NCBI GenBank assembly: GCA_951406725.2
Contig: OX597815.1
Location: 116,064,001 to 116,128,000 of the forward strand
Source of the DNA: Octopus vulgaris
Taxonomy: Eukaryota
Reading direction: 5' to 3'
Length of the DNA stretch: 64,000 nt
Part shown: positions 1 to 13,905 of the stretch, one piece after another
How positions within the stretch are numbered: the stretch's first letter is position 1
Layout: every line of letters begins with the position of its first letter
The notes under the pieces: model-generated
Database searches by the model: none
Seen by the model: only the letters and a program-made list of their open reading frames with translations
What the model was told of the DNA's origin: nothing
Program-made: the position numbers and the translations under genes

Positions 1-1268
1 TAACAAAAGCCAAAGTCTTAATAAGTATGAAGGCGGACAAATCACAAATCCCTTTAGATAGATGGCCCTGCTCAATCTGTTGAAAAGGCATAGGTAGAAA
101 CTCAATAGGATGTACCCGATGTAAGCTATGGACACATAAGAAGTGCAGCAATATTAAAGGAAGGTCACCAGGGAAGATAGTTTTTGAGCATGGCAGATGC
201 ACAGATGTAATAAACACCAAAGATGTACAGAAAACAGGTTCCATTACATGCCAAGGGGAAAAACTAGTAGTAGTTGATAGCTTCCGTTACCTAGGTGACC
301 AAGTCAGCAGCTGGGATGGATGCTCTGAGAGCGTAGCTGTAAAATAATAGCCCAGGCAAAGTTCAGAGAGCTGCCTGTGTGTGAACAGCCATGCTACATA
401 GCAGTGAAACATGGGCTATGACTGCTGAGGACATGCGTAGGTTTGAAATAAATGAAGCCAGTATGCTCCACTGGGTGTGTAATGTCAGTGTGCATACACA
501 ACAGCATATAATTGCCCCAAGAGAAAAGTTGGACATAAGAATCATCTGATGTTGTAAGAGAGACGACTGTGCAGGTATAGTCATGGTTAGGGTATGGATG
601 AGGACAGCTGTGTAAAGAAGTGTCACACCCTAATAGTGGAGGGAACCTGTGGAAGAGGTAGACCCAGGAAGACATGGGATGAGGTGGTGAAGCATGACCG
701 TTGAACGTTGGGCCTCACACAGGCAATGACAAGTAACTGAGACTTCTGAAGATATGCTGTGCTTGAGAAGACCCGGCAAGCCAAGTGAGATCATAGTTGT
801 GTTCAATGTTCATGTCACATAACTGGCCTGTTTAAAAGCACCCTTCTTTCGTTGGGCAATATGCTGTGCTTCTGAAGACCTGCCAGACCGAGTGAAATTA
901 TAGTCGTGGCCAGTGCCAGTGCCACCTGACTGGCACCCATGACAGTGGCATGTAAAAGGCACCATTCAAGCATGGTTAATGCCAGTGCTGCCTGACTGGC
1001 ACCCATGCTGGTGGCAAGTAAAAAGCACCATTCAAGCAAGGCTGATGCCAGTGCTGCCTGACTGGCTCCCATGCCACTGGCACATAAAATGCACCTACTA
1101 CACTCTCGGAGTGGTTGACATTATGAAGAGCACCCAGTTGTAGAAACCTTGCTAAATCAGATTGGAACCTGGTGCAGCCTCCTGGCTTGCTAGTCCTCAG
1201 TCAAACCGTCCAACCCATGCCAGCATGGAAAACAGATATTAAACAGATGTTAAACGATGATGATGATG
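1..1268 (+). mobile_element. RTE-clade LINE, decayed 3' part (ORF2 C-terminus, 3' UTR, (GAT)n tail)
   Basis: Broken frames give VVDSFRYLGD, AMLHSSETWAMTAED, GHG-RMDEDSCVKKC and GRGRPRKTW, typical of the RTE ORF2 end. Ends in CCGTCCAACCCATGCCAGCATGGAA...(GAT)n. Confidence 0.8.
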
Positions 1269-2712
1269 CATGCATATACACACATAGGTATGTCTGGGTG
1301 TACAAATGGGTTAGGGAAAAGCACTCAACCAGGTAGTTTATTTGAATTTGATGATTCACTTCCTAGTTTATTGCTTTTGTGCATTTGTTCAGGTCTGTCT
1401 ATTTGTCTGTCTGTCTCTCTCTGTCTCTCTCTCTCTCACACACACATACACATACACAATATATATATGTATATAGAAAAGACAACACAAGAGGGACAGG
1501 TTTAAATAGAAGTGTTATTAGTGTAACACTTGAGAGGAAGGGAAAGAATCTTGCTTTGAATGCTGGTCTTTCATCAAGAATTTAAGGGTAGTGTGGAGAA
1601 GGAAAAGGTTTAGAAGCCACCATTTTTATCTTTCCAGATCCTCCCACCCATCCTTATATTATGTATAAAGCAAGGTAGCCATGTATTTTCTCTATAACAA
1701 GACACTTGCTCCTGTCTCTTTATCACACATTAGCCTTTTACACTGGCATAAAGTTGCCACCATCTCTATTGCACTCATGCAATGGAAGGCTGCTTTTTGT
1801 ATGTTACTTGGCAACCTCCAGTGTTGGTGGTCTGAAAATTGCACACAGTACACTTTGACCTTAGGAAAGACATCCAGCCATAGAAATCACACTAAAGCAG
1901 ATATTGGAGCTTGGTGCACTTCTTTGACTTGTTGGATTCTATTAAACTGTCGCTCCCATGGAAGACAGATTTGAAAGGATGGTGATGATGACAATGGTTA
2001 AACTGCTTATTGCAAAATGTGAGTCAACCTTCAATGAGTCATTACTTGTACATTTTCCAAGTCTATTTTATGTTGAATAGAATTAAGCAATTACAGTAAT
2101 ATGACTCTCTTCATTACCTAAAAGTACAGCTGATTCTTAAGTAGTATCAAAGTGAAGGACAACATTGTTTTATCAGTTATGGAGTTACATTGAACATAAC
2201 ATTGTTTTTGTAAACTTAAACAAAATAGGATTTTCTTTCATTGAGAAACAATTTTTTTCTGGTTTCTTTCTTTTAGACGTCATTTAATAAATATAATCAC
2301 TTCAAAATGGTTAAAATGGTTTTGCTTTAGAGGGTAACAAAGGAGTGCATAACAATCAATTTATTGTGTGTGTGTGAGCTAAATATGAATAAAATTATTT
2401 TTGTTCATGTTTATTTATGATATAATAGGTATTTGTATAAAATTAAAGATACAATACATTAGTGTATTCCAAACAACTTGGCTAAGTTTTGAGTACGGTA
2501 CCTTTGCAGTTTCAAGGGTTTATCTGTCCAGCTAAGTGTGTATCTCTGTCACCTCATCTGTCAATATGGTTAGACATCGAAACCTAAATCCGCAACAAGA
2601 CTTATTGTCTCTCTTATACTTGTCCAATATCTTTTTATCAGCTTCTCACGCTGGTCTAAGCCATATTTAATTGCACAAATGGCATAATTATAATTAAACA
2701 GGTTTTCATAGA

Positions 2713-3750
2713 ATTGCCTGGGCAAAATTCAGGAGCTCCTACCTCTGCTGGCAACTAAGGGCCTCTTGCTCAGGATGAAAGGTAGACTGTATGATGCATG
2801 CATCCAAACTGCCATGCTACACGGCAGTGAAACATAGGCCATGACTGCTGAGGACATGTGTAAGCTTGATAGAACTGAAGTTAGTATGATCTGCTCAATG
2901 TGTAATGTCAGTGTGCATACATAACAAAGTGTAAGCACCTTGAGAGAAAAGTTGGGCATAAGAAACATCAAATGTGGTGTTCCAAGAGAGACAACTGTGC
3001 TGGTGTGGTCATGTGTTACGTATGGATGAAGACAGCTCTGTGAGAAAGTGCCACTCCCTAACTGTGGAAGAAACCTGTGGAAGAGGTAGACCCAGGAAGA
3101 CATGGGATTAGGTGGTGAATCATGACCTTTGAGTGTTGGGCCTCACAGAGACAATGACAGGAGACCGAGACCTTTGGAGATATGCTGTGATTGAGAAGAC
3201 CTGGCAACTGAGATCACAGCCATGGCCGATGCCAGTGTTGCCTGTCAGGCCCATTTAAGAGTACCCTTGATGCATTAGGTGATATGATATGCATGAGAAA
3301 ACCTGTTTAGTCAAGTAAAACTAAAATCGTAGCTGTGGCCAATACCCCCTGACTAGTTCCTGTTCCAGTGGCATGTAAAATGCATCATCTGAATGTGGTC
3401 GATGCCAGTGTCCCTTGACTGGCTCCTATGGCTGTGGTATGTAAAAAGCACCATCTGAACGTGGCCAATTGCAGTGGCCTGCAACAGGCTCTCATGCCTG
3501 TGGAACGTAAAAAGCACTATCCGAACGTGATTGATGATGCTAGGGCTGCCTGACTGGCTCCTGTGCTGGTGGCATGTAAAAAGTACCCACTACTTTCTCA
3601 GAGTGGTTGGCATTAGGAAGAACATCCAGCTGTAGAAACATTGCCAGATCAGATTGGAGCATTGAGCAACCACTGGCTTTCCAGACCACAGTCAAACCGT
3701 CCAACCCATGCCAGCATGGAAAACCGACATCAAAAGATGATGATGATGAT
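2713..3750 (+). mobile_element. RTE-clade LINE, second 5'-truncated copy
   Basis: KGRLYDACIQTAMLHGSET...GRGRPRKTW in broken frames; colinear with the copy at 350-1268; same (GAT)n tail. Confidence 0.8.
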
Positions 3751-4186
3751 TGGCATCTACTGTATGCCTGATGCCTTGGACAAGTGCTTTGTACATTGGC
3801 CTCAGGCCAAACCAGTGCCTTGTGAGTAGAAAGGGTAGATAAAAACTGTATGGAATTTTTGTGTGTGTCTGTTGATTTTCTTTAAAAACTGTATTCTGTA
3901 GCTCTGCACTTTTGAAGAATGGAATTAAAAAATTCCTTATTTGGAAAGTAGATAAGGATTAGTGACCAGAAAGAAGTCTAACTGTAAAATACTATTGCAA
4001 ATTAGTTTTCATCTAAACCATACCAACATGGAAAAACACGTTTAAGAAAAACAAAAACAATATATACAAGTAATCATGAGTAATGAACTTAAACATTAGC
4101 ACTAATTAAGATTGTGGTTTCGATTCCTGGACTGGGCAACATGTATTCTTAAGCAAAACACTTTAGTTCATGTTGCTTCAGTCCAT

Positions 4187-4440
4187 TCATCATTGTTTAA
4201 TATCTGTCTTCCATGCTGGCATGGGTGGGATGGTTTAACAAGAGCTGAAATGGCAGAAGCCTGCACCAGATTTCTGTAACTGTTTTGGCAGAACTTTTAC
4301 AGCTGGATGCTCTTCCTAACACCAACAACTCAGTAGAGTGGACTTAGTGCTTTTTACATGGCACTAGCACAGACGAGGTCAGTTTTGGTAAGGTTTTTAT
4401 AGCTGGATGCCCTTCCAAATGCCAACCACTTTACAGAGTG
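4187..4440 (-). mobile_element. RTE 3'-end fragments
   Basis: Reverse complement of the same 3' terminus (CATCAT...TTCCATGCTGGCATGGG...GCTGGATGCCCTTCC). Confidence 0.55.
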
Positions 4441-4690
4441 GACGTACCTTGCAAGACAAAAAAAGTACCTTGCAAGACAAAAAAAAATCAAAGCTAGCAA
4501 AAATGAGTAATCCTGCAATGCACCAACATCCTGTTCAGGTGGGTAATATATATATATGCTATGGAAGTCAGGAAACTGGCTCTTATGAATCCATATGACT
4601 CAAGAAGGAAACTTTACTTTTTTTCTGTTAAACTTTGAGAGTAATGATTTTAAATAAACTATTTTAAATAAACTATTTTGTGTTTTTCAG

Positions 4691-4845
4691 GGAAAAACTT
4701 CCTCAGTCAGTTACATTTTCAGCAGACTTGAGAGCTGACCATGGCATTGAAAATAAAGTGGACAGTAGTGAAGGAAGCCTTGCTTCGAACAGTAGTGGTT
4801 TTGGTAGTTTACCTAGAAAAGACAAACCGAACATTGCTCCACTTG
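4691..4845 (+). CDS. FAM102A: EEIG1/FAM102A-family protein, internal exon (first seen in window; upstream NT-C2 exons lie outside)
   Basis: ttttcAG acceptor and G/GTAAG donor. Encodes EKLPQSVTFSADLRADHGIENKVDSSEGSLASNSSGFGSLPRKDKPNIAPL. Ends in phase 1, matching the next exon. Confidence 0.85.
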
Positions 4846-5514
4846 GTAAGATTTACTTAAGAATTTGTTTGTAAATATTGAGAAAGCATAACCAATGTGT
4901 ATATGTATCTGTGTATCTGCAATTGTGCATGGGCTAATGCCTTCTGTGTATGCATTTTGGAGTGCATGTGTGTGCACATTTTAACATGTGCATGTTTATG
5001 TGGTGACTAAATCCTGGCATCTAAGTAAGCTAAACCATATGGAGTGAATTGTACTGACTTGCATACATATACAAAATTAAAATAGGTTTGAGATTACAAT
5101 GTATGTTATAGTACTCTCACAACTTGGCTGTGTAGATAAAATAAATGTGGGACTTTTCTAACACTTAACCTCATCTTTTCTGTTTTGCAAAATGCTACTT
5201 TTTGCAGTTTGTCAGGAGGTACCAAATTTACAATGTTTAAGTACCTCTGCCCTTATGATCATGCTTGAAGTGCTGAATATTTATTTCATGCCAGGTTCTT
5301 GTTCATGGTCACTTTGCTATAAGGCTGTTGAATTTTTACAACAGAGAAAAGATAATTTTAATAGTCCAGAAAGACGTTCCATCAGTATTTATATTACTTT
5401 GTTTGAAATATGTAGGTATATTGATATTTATTTGTTGACCTCTATGGAAGTGCTACTTTCTAATTTACAATTCTGATCTCTCTTTTTTTTTTTTTTGTGT
5501 GTGTGTACTTTCAG

Positions 5515-5683
5515 AGGTTCCTCCTATTTTAACTGATCCAGAAGGAGCCCGTGATGTCGATTTTGAGAAGAGCCATTCCCGAAATTCTAGCTATGCCAGT
5601 CAACATTCGCGAGGTTCCGGATATGGATCTCTTGGTCATAGTCGGCAGTCAAGTTTAAGTAATGATATTCACGGACATACTAG
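5515..5683 (+). CDS. FAM102A: EEIG1/FAM102A-family protein, internal exon
   Basis: tttcAG acceptor and AG/GTAAGC donor. Encodes HSRNSSYASQHSRGSGYGSLGHSRQSS, which matches the FAM102A motif HSRNSSYASQQSK.SGYST.HSRSSS as I recall it. Confidence 0.9.
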
Positions 5684-7940
5684 GTAAGCTAAAGATTGTT
5701 TACATTTTTATTTTTTCTTAAGTAAGCTTTCCAACTAACTGTAACAAATGTATAGATAACTTTCAATATTAAAACTAAAGGAAAAAGTTGTAATTATTAC
5801 CTTAATTTTATAGAAAAATATTATTCTGGGAATAGTTAAATTTGGAAAAGAGACATTTTTATTTTTTATAAAACATTTTTTTATTTTGTGTTGATTAAAA
5901 AAATGATTAATTCATAATTAGACATCACAGACATCACTTCTATTTATGCATTTCTTCTGTGCTGAGCTGTATCATGATATCTTAAAGACTATACTCATTA
6001 TTATCCTGGTTATTAATCACAGTCTTACATTCATCTGCATTTGAAGAATGTGCAGGATACCTAAATTTTCATTCCACAGGTAAATCCAGTAATGATTATT
6101 GTATTGTGTTTCTAGATTGAACATAATCTTAATTGGTTCAATACATGTTGTAAAATATAAGAAGCTTTCATGGTTGAATGATTAAGAAAGACATTCTGCT
6201 ATAAAAATAAGATAAAAATGAAAAGAAAATTTGATTCATTAGGTCCAGATTTTCAGAATCCTCTTATCTATGCTAACCTATGAGCGACCAGGAATGTTGC
6301 ACAGCTGTATGAGTCAGCTCCATCTGAGCAGATGAGTAATAATCATAGAGATGACTGGTGTTTCTAACTGTAGATATTCCAGTGTGATCATACTGATATA
6401 ACATTTAGGACTAAGTCCTAAGCATAACTTAACTTTAAATATGGCTAACAGCTGTCTGTCATATTGAACAAGTTGGGCTACTAAATTGTAGTACTTTGTT
6501 AGCCTCAGTTACAGAAAAGTGTTGTAGATTGACATGAAATTTTACTGTCAGCCATTTTAACTCAAACCAGAATGTAATGACATCAATAATAGAGTGTTTA
6601 ATTTTCTGTCGTTTCTTCTTTTGACACTTGTACATAATGTCTTTAGATTGATCTTGAAACGTTATACTTTTGTTACAACAATAATCAGTCAGAAACATTT
6701 GTTTTTTTTTAAATTTTGAGATAATTGTGCTTCATAATTGTTTTCTATTAATCAACTTCATTTACTTAATATAAACCCTTGTTTACTATTAATTAACTAT
6801 CATAGAGACATCTCTATAGCTTTTCAAGTCAATGTGTACAATAAATTATATATACTTAATGTCTATTTTTTATGTAGGATATGGTCATGTCATTGAACTC
6901 ATATTTGGTTAAAGATTCTTAATTGTCACGTAGTAACATTTTAGTGATACAAACAAGCATAAAAAGAAAATATTACTTGCTTGAATACTTAATTTATATT
7001 CAGGGGATTTTCACAAACACCTCCACAAAATTTTCCTCTGTATTTGATGTTAATTATGATTATTGGACAAGAATAGGTTTTATCATTTTCCATAATTTTT
7101 AGAGATTAATTTTATGAGTTTTGTTTGAAGTGGGGAATTTAGGGTGTGTTTTTTTTATTATAATTTTTTTTCTGTTTTTAAATTTGCTTTTATCTAGTAA
7201 AAGTCTGTCTTTTTTATGAAATAAAAATTATATTCTAAGCAAAGCCAATCTAACTATATTACTGACATAAATCATTTTCTACAGATATTTTTAATGATTT
7301 CCCAAATTGAGTTGTATACCAAACAGTATCATATTCCGTTCTCATCATATATACTTGTATTTATGTTAAGCCTTAACTTTTAGCACACTGCATTTTCTTT
7401 AGAATCACTGCTTTGTTACTACAGGGAAGAAAACTCACACAGTAACATGATACACCTACAGTGTGCTAAAGGTTAAACTTCTTATTTGTTTGGTATACAT
7501 TGAAAACATTTGGTATATAGATGTAGAAACCTAGTTAAAGATTAATGAGTTGATATAAAGATAAATGTTTAACCTTATCTATTACCTTCTGAACTTGGAT
7601 AATCAATCATTCCAACCTTAGACTGTCAGTACATATCTCAATAGAATATCTTCTGTCAAGTATCCTGGTGAGCCCTTCATGCATTGCTGATCAATTTACT
7701 TAATAGATATTTTCACAAGACAATATAATATAAACAGCTTGTGTTTATCTCACATTATCTTTTTTGTTCTTCAATTTAAATTGTTTGTATTATGATTTAA
7801 AAAAAAAAATAATTAATCATTTAAAAAATATTTCCCTTCTATGTAATTATATTTCCTTCCATATGAGAGCATTTTCATAATTTTGATTCCTTCAGCTTTC
7901 ACAAAATCATGTTTTCTCTTTTTCCATTTTTATCTGTCAG

Positions 7941-7952
7941 ATTGTATGTCAG
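7941..7952 (+). CDS. FAM102A: Candidate 12-nt in-frame microexon of the FAM102A-like gene (adds LYVR)
   Basis: Long pyrimidine tract + cAG, then ATTGTATGTCAG, then GTATGT donor. Phase 2/2, fitting between 5683 and 27102 with no stop. Confidence 0.55.
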
Positions 7953-8634
7953 GTATGTAATGCTCATTTTCATTTGGTGTTCTGCAAAAATGTTCATGAA
8001 AGTGTATATTTAATTTAACCCCACCCCTATCTGAATGGTACTTGTCTCCAATATGCATTTGAATTAAACATGTTTAGTGAGATTTTTTTAACAAATGATA
8101 TTACTTTGAAAAGTGATAACCATTATGTTATCATGATTGACTTTCAGACTTGATGTGCATACTTGATCTCTTCACTCTCACAGAATATATAGTGATAACT
8201 TTATATTGCACAGCTAGATCATAGCTACTAACCAATACTTCAGCAGAACATACCTATGTGTACTTTAAAGTACATTAAAATAGATTGTTTTTTTTAACTC
8301 TAGAACATTGCATCAATTACTAGCCAGGTAGTTAACAGTTAAACAAACAAATGGAAGCCAATGACAAGTTCTCTAATATTCTTGAAGTCAGTTTTATGTT
8401 AGCTAAGGTTTTAAAGTAGTACTATTTGTGTACTGTAATATTTAAAAGGCAAATAAATAAACAGATCTTTAATAATTAGAATTATAATATTATGAGAAAA
8501 GTGACAGCTCAAAGTGAGTGTATGTGAAAGGTATAAGTATTTAAATAATGCTAAAAGTATTTTTACATGAGTATTGTATGTTAAGTTTGCCTTAGAACAA
8601 TGTAGACACCAGTCTACTGCTGAATATATCATAT

Positions 8635-9150
8635 TTGTGTATATTGTATCATATACCTGTGAAAACAAATTTTGATGGCAAAGATGTAATCAGTAGATGT
8701 AATCACAATAGGAAGTTCACTTTTTTCGAGACATCATTAGTTTTATTACTAAACGGCTTTAAAGTAATTTCAGAAAGTGTTACAGCAAGATTGAATAAGA
8801 AATGCCTGTCATATGTTGAGAATGATGATGCTGTTCATCAGATCCTAAATACTGACAAATATCTTTTCCTTCTGTTTACTTGTGAATACTTACGTAATAA
8901 TCAGATTAATCCTGATGAAACATATTTGAACCTTGTGATTAATAAGGACAACAGTGGTGAGGTAATGGTTCTAATGATTGAGAAAGCTAGAGAAAGATAT
9001 GTCTGTCACACATTGAAGACTGTCAGTGTATTATTTCATGATGAAAGATCTTTTTTCATCATTGTGTTTATATATTTAAACATAAAAAGAAAATATCTAC
9101 CTACTGGTGCCAAGTATATGAAAAGGATTGTATCATTCCCCTTGATTTGA
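8635..9150 (+). pseudogene. Intronic 171-codon ORF, possibly a decayed Penelope-like RT fragment
   Basis: SYVEN...LFTCEYLRNNQIN...YLNLVINK loosely resembles PLE RT motifs (YVDD...FTxExE...LPFLDxxI). No convincing splice sites linking it to the host gene. Confidence 0.25.
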
Positions 9151-9885
9151 ACTTTGTATTACTCTATTATGACACTTTGATTATAAACTTGTCAAAGACA
9201 ATGGTGAAATTTATAAGACTGTGCACTTTAGTAAATTTTACTGACATCACTAAGTTTTTAAAAAGAAATTTCATAATCACAACATGGTACTTAAAATTAA
9301 GTTGTTTGATATATGAAAAGACTGTAATAAGTTTCTGTTTAACAGCTGTACAAGTCAGTGGAAAGAAATAAGTGATAGCATTAAGGAATGTTAAGAGGCA
9401 TATCTTAGACTAAACAAATATTATTATCAAGGACAAAATAGTCATTAAATAATGCCTGTATACTAGAGAAAATTAGAGCGGGAGAGAGAGAAATGAATAA
9501 CACAGTTAATTTCCTTCTCTTTTCGGGTGACATGGTAAAAAAATGAAACAGAATGCTTTATTCTAAAATAGCTTGCAATAGATTTATATTGAATATGTCA
9601 CCATAAAACTGTAAACTTTGTGCGGAGCTGTCTGCAGTGTTTCCCTTGTTGCAGTTGGTTGCATCAGATAAAATCTGCTGAATTTTGTGTTGTGTTTAAC
9701 TTGTTATATCTGCAATGTGAGAACTGTCATTTTCATAATCACCTATTTTATAAGAAGCAATCTGTTTGGTGTATACAGTAGGAAAAGACATCAATCTAGT
9801 TTTCATGTAAATGTCTGAGGTAGCTCTGTGTTTGATTCAATACATCTTTACTAGGAGTATGGGAATAAAATCACCCAAGATTATA

Positions 9886-10120
9886 TTTACTCTTTCTTTT
9901 TACTCTTTTACTTGTTTCAGTCATTTGACTGCGGCCATGCTGGAGCACCGCCTTTAGTCAAGCAAATCGACCCCGGGACTTATTCTTCGTAAGCCCAGTA
10001 CTTATTCTATCGGTCTCTTTTGCCGAACCGCTAAGTGACGGGGACGTAACCACACCAGCATCAGTTGTCAAGCAATGCTAGGGGGACAAACACTCAGACA
10101 CAAACACATACATACACACA

Positions 10121-10167
<47 letters not shown>

Positions 10168-10330
10168 GACAGGCTTCTTTCAGTTTCCGTCTCCCAAATC
10201 CACTCACAAGGCATTGGTCGGCCCGGGGCTATAGCAGAAGATACTTGCCCAAGATGTCATGCAGTGGGACTGACCCCGGAACCATGTGGTTGGTTAGCAA
10301 GCTACTTACCACACAGCCACTCCTGCGCCT
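9886..10330 (-). mobile_element. tRNA-derived SINE, family A (well-preserved copy with internal (CA)/(TA)n)
   Basis: Minus-strand head AGGCGCAGGAGTGGCTGTGTGGTAAG (A box) ... GGGTCAGTCCC (B box) ... CTTGGGCAAGT; AGTAAAAG-type tail; several homologous copies in the window. Confidence 0.8.
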
Positions 10331-13300
10331 ATTGTTAAAATTGTTTATCCACTGAAGTTTAGCTGTTGTTTCTTATGAAATTACATATTAATTTCTTAAT
10401 ATTGAATCATTAGTGAAGTATCCAACTTGGAAAAACCTTTTGTTAGTTAATAAGAAAATTTTACATAAATGGCTGAAGAGCTTTAAAAAAAAAATGGTGC
10501 TTCTCCTTTTAGAAAGTTCACGATAAAAGAATATTTGAATTACCTTCACATAAGGTTTCATTCTATTTGAAATTTAATAAATCAATCTTTCTCCTTAACC
10601 CATTGAATGTTAAATCAGTGTCTTTTAGGGAAATATTGTTAAGCAATTAATTAGCAATACTCAGTAAAAAAAAAAGTAAATAAAATCAGCACTAACAATT
10701 TTAGAAAGGCATGCCAACTTCTTTATCAAAACTTATTAGGTACACGTTTCTCCAATAACCTATTCAACCGTTGAGCATTCAACAACTATCTTCCTTAGTT
10801 TCCTGCAAGGTACATTTGTTTTGTCCTGTTTTTTGTCTGTGCAAACTATTTCTATCTATTTTACTGTATAAACAGCTTCGCACTGTCATTGTTTTTCAGT
10901 CTCATGATCCATGAATATAGACTTCTCATGGTTATAATTGTGAATTTTTATTAGTATATAACTATGCAATACTTTTGCTCTATATTTTTATTCTGGACAA
11001 TGTTTTCACCTGTGATTACTCTCTGATGACGTGGGTTATAGGTTATATATTGTCATTAGTTTAGACTCTTGCAATGATGTCATTTACTGTGCATTTGACT
11101 TGTGAGTGAATCCTAGAGTTCTATTATATAATTGTTTACCTATTCTCACCTTGCCTCCCCTTAATTTTAGTTTAAATTTGTGCTTTATATGTATTTGTTG
11201 TATTTTCATTGTTAGAATAAACAAAGAACAAACATTAGTTTTTGTTTCATATCTTTGAGTTGTTTGAAAATATTGAAGTCCCCTATAAAAATATTGATTA
11301 AAAATTGTCAATTACCTTTCATGATCAGAGACATCCATTAATGGGTAATTAAACCCTTTAATTTTAGTGGAATAATTGGAACTGCAACGCTCATTATCTT
11401 TATGAAAGCAAAATCAGAGAACTAGTAAGAACCAGAAACAGAACTTAGCTGGCAGACTTTTTATGATCTCACCACCTGTTCTATTGTATCTATGTCAGAG
11501 TTTGACCACTTACGATGCATTACTTTGTTTGTCATGAATATACTACCCATGATATTGTACTTGCTCTGACAGGATTATATAATCTATGATTTCAGTACTT
11601 ATAATCTATGATTTCAGATTTTACCACTTATATGGTACCTATGTCTGAACTGTATCATACATATATAATACCTATGCTATGGTACCTGAGCCAGAATCCC
11701 ACCACTTATGATATGGTATTTTCCATTTCCATTTAAAAAGTAACATTACAGATGATTATTTTAAGCTGCTTTGTCATTTGGAGTTCATTAAAATTTGGTG
11801 TGTGTTAGAGTTAAATAGATTTACTAAATTTTCTAATGATGTCTTCTAATGTTTCTATAAATGACTTGAACTCATCTTGAAACCGACTCCACACTCTAGT
11901 ATGCTGCCTACAATCTGTAATATTTTACAACATTTATGTTTATAGAGTGATTTTGTCCATTTTTAAGTTTGGAAGTAAAGTTGATAATTGTGTAGGAGCT
12001 GAATTTGAATTTAGGAAATATGCATATATTTATTTTAAAATTTTGTGAATTAGAATTGTACATACATTATTACCTTGTTATAAGGTTTTAGAAACTCTAA
12101 AACTAAAAATGATTATTGTAACTCTAAAACTAGAAATGATTTTTGTAGGATGGGATGCTAATTTTGAGTTCATTCATTCTTCTATATATATTAATGATAT
12201 TCCTTTAAATATCTCTGAATGTATGAAGAGTAAAACTATTAAGACAAGATTAGAGCTCAAGTAGACAAGGTTTCATAACATATCTAGCACAGTTTTTACC
12301 TGCTTCATCTTTCTCATTAAAAAACAAGGTATAATAGCAATGGTTTAGATTTCTTATTGTCAATTTAATAAAAATTACTTTATATTATGATTTTTAATAC
12401 TTATATTCACCAAAGAGTTAAATATTCATATTTTGTATGTTTGCACATAGCATGATATTTATTTTTCACATATGAATAAAAAATAGATAAGTATATTAGT
12501 ATGATAAGTCTTTCTTTTGGCCTATTGTGTTAAGCATTATACCTAAGTTTGCTTGTGGGTTTTGTAGTTTAGATCTTTACTGACATATACAGAATTTCAA
12601 AAGAAGTAATTGCTCTCACTTCACCATGCATATCTGTCAATATATGCTGTAAGTGTTAAGGTCATCTGTTAATTTCAATATAAAATTCAGTGTTAATATT
12701 GTAAACCACCAAATGAATTACTTATCAACTTTCAAGTCAACATAGGGCTGTCCATTACTCATATATCTTTCTTGTAATGTGATTTAGACTCAATAACATA
12801 ATAACTTCGACTTCCTCACATATAACACTGTATATGACATTAGGGACTCAAAAGAATATCATAACTTTTCACTGAGAAGTCTCTCAACAGTTATGACCCT
12901 TTCTAAAGTAAGAGGTAAAATTAGAAATATGATGAAGTCAATTGCATTTGAACAGAAATAATCCCAGTAAACTTCTAATGGTTGATATACGAGTGCAGTT
13001 CCTGGTAGTTAAGTTATTAATTAGATCAAACCGAAAAACTTGAAATTTGGTGGCATCTTTGCAGCCAAAGATTTTATTTTCCGTTTTTGCTTTGCTGCAC
13101 AAGTTGAAGCTGTGAAAATTTTGAATGGTTAATGAATTCAGCATTAGGTTCTCAACAAAAGAAGAGAGTAGAGAAAGAGATAGAAGGGAAATGCCTTACA
13201 ATTTTAAAAAGGAAATATATGGGTTACTGCAAATTTTTCCTAATTTACAATAGCCAAATTATGTTAATTTTTTTCTTGTATTTGCTTTATTTATAGACAT

Positions 13301-13862
13301 GTGCTGTACATGAAATGTTAGTCTTTTTTTTTAAAGGGTTACTTCATTCACACACAGTTTATTAGGAGTGAATTTTCGCAAGGATGATTATTGAAACAAA
13401 GTTTCATGCTATTACAAAAGCAGTGTTAGATATATGATTATCTAAGATTCTAGAACCCCCTCTCCCTTCACCTCATGCAGATAAAGCCTTTGCTTTTTTT
13501 ACTAAAGATATTTATGAATATAAAGCAATCACAATGTTATGCAAGATGCATGAATTTTTAGGTGCAGAGCCTTTCACATGAAAAGAATAAAGCAGTGCAA
13601 ACCTAAAAGGATTGTATTAGTAGATGAGTGCATGTGTTAGAATTGCACTGACCTACTATATGGTCAACTGCATGAAAATCACTTAAGGCAGTGGAATAGA
13701 GTTTGCCTAAAGTCCTATTGTATAAATAGTCAAAAGTTCTTGGAAATTTACTGAATATTTTATCCTTAAAGTTTTGAGATGCATTGTTTATTTTTATTAT
13801 ATTTGAGATCAATTATATTTCTATTTATCTTTCATTTATACATGCATATATTCATACACACA

Positions 13863-13904
<42 letters not shown>

Positions 13905-13905
<1 letters not shown>

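Noticed and set aside
10230-10330. tRNA gene
   Set aside because: A/B boxes are present, but this is the head of a multi-copy SINE with no full cloverleaf.
11018-11085. CTGATGA hammerhead half-core
   Set aside because: No GAAA, stem III or stem I partner downstream.
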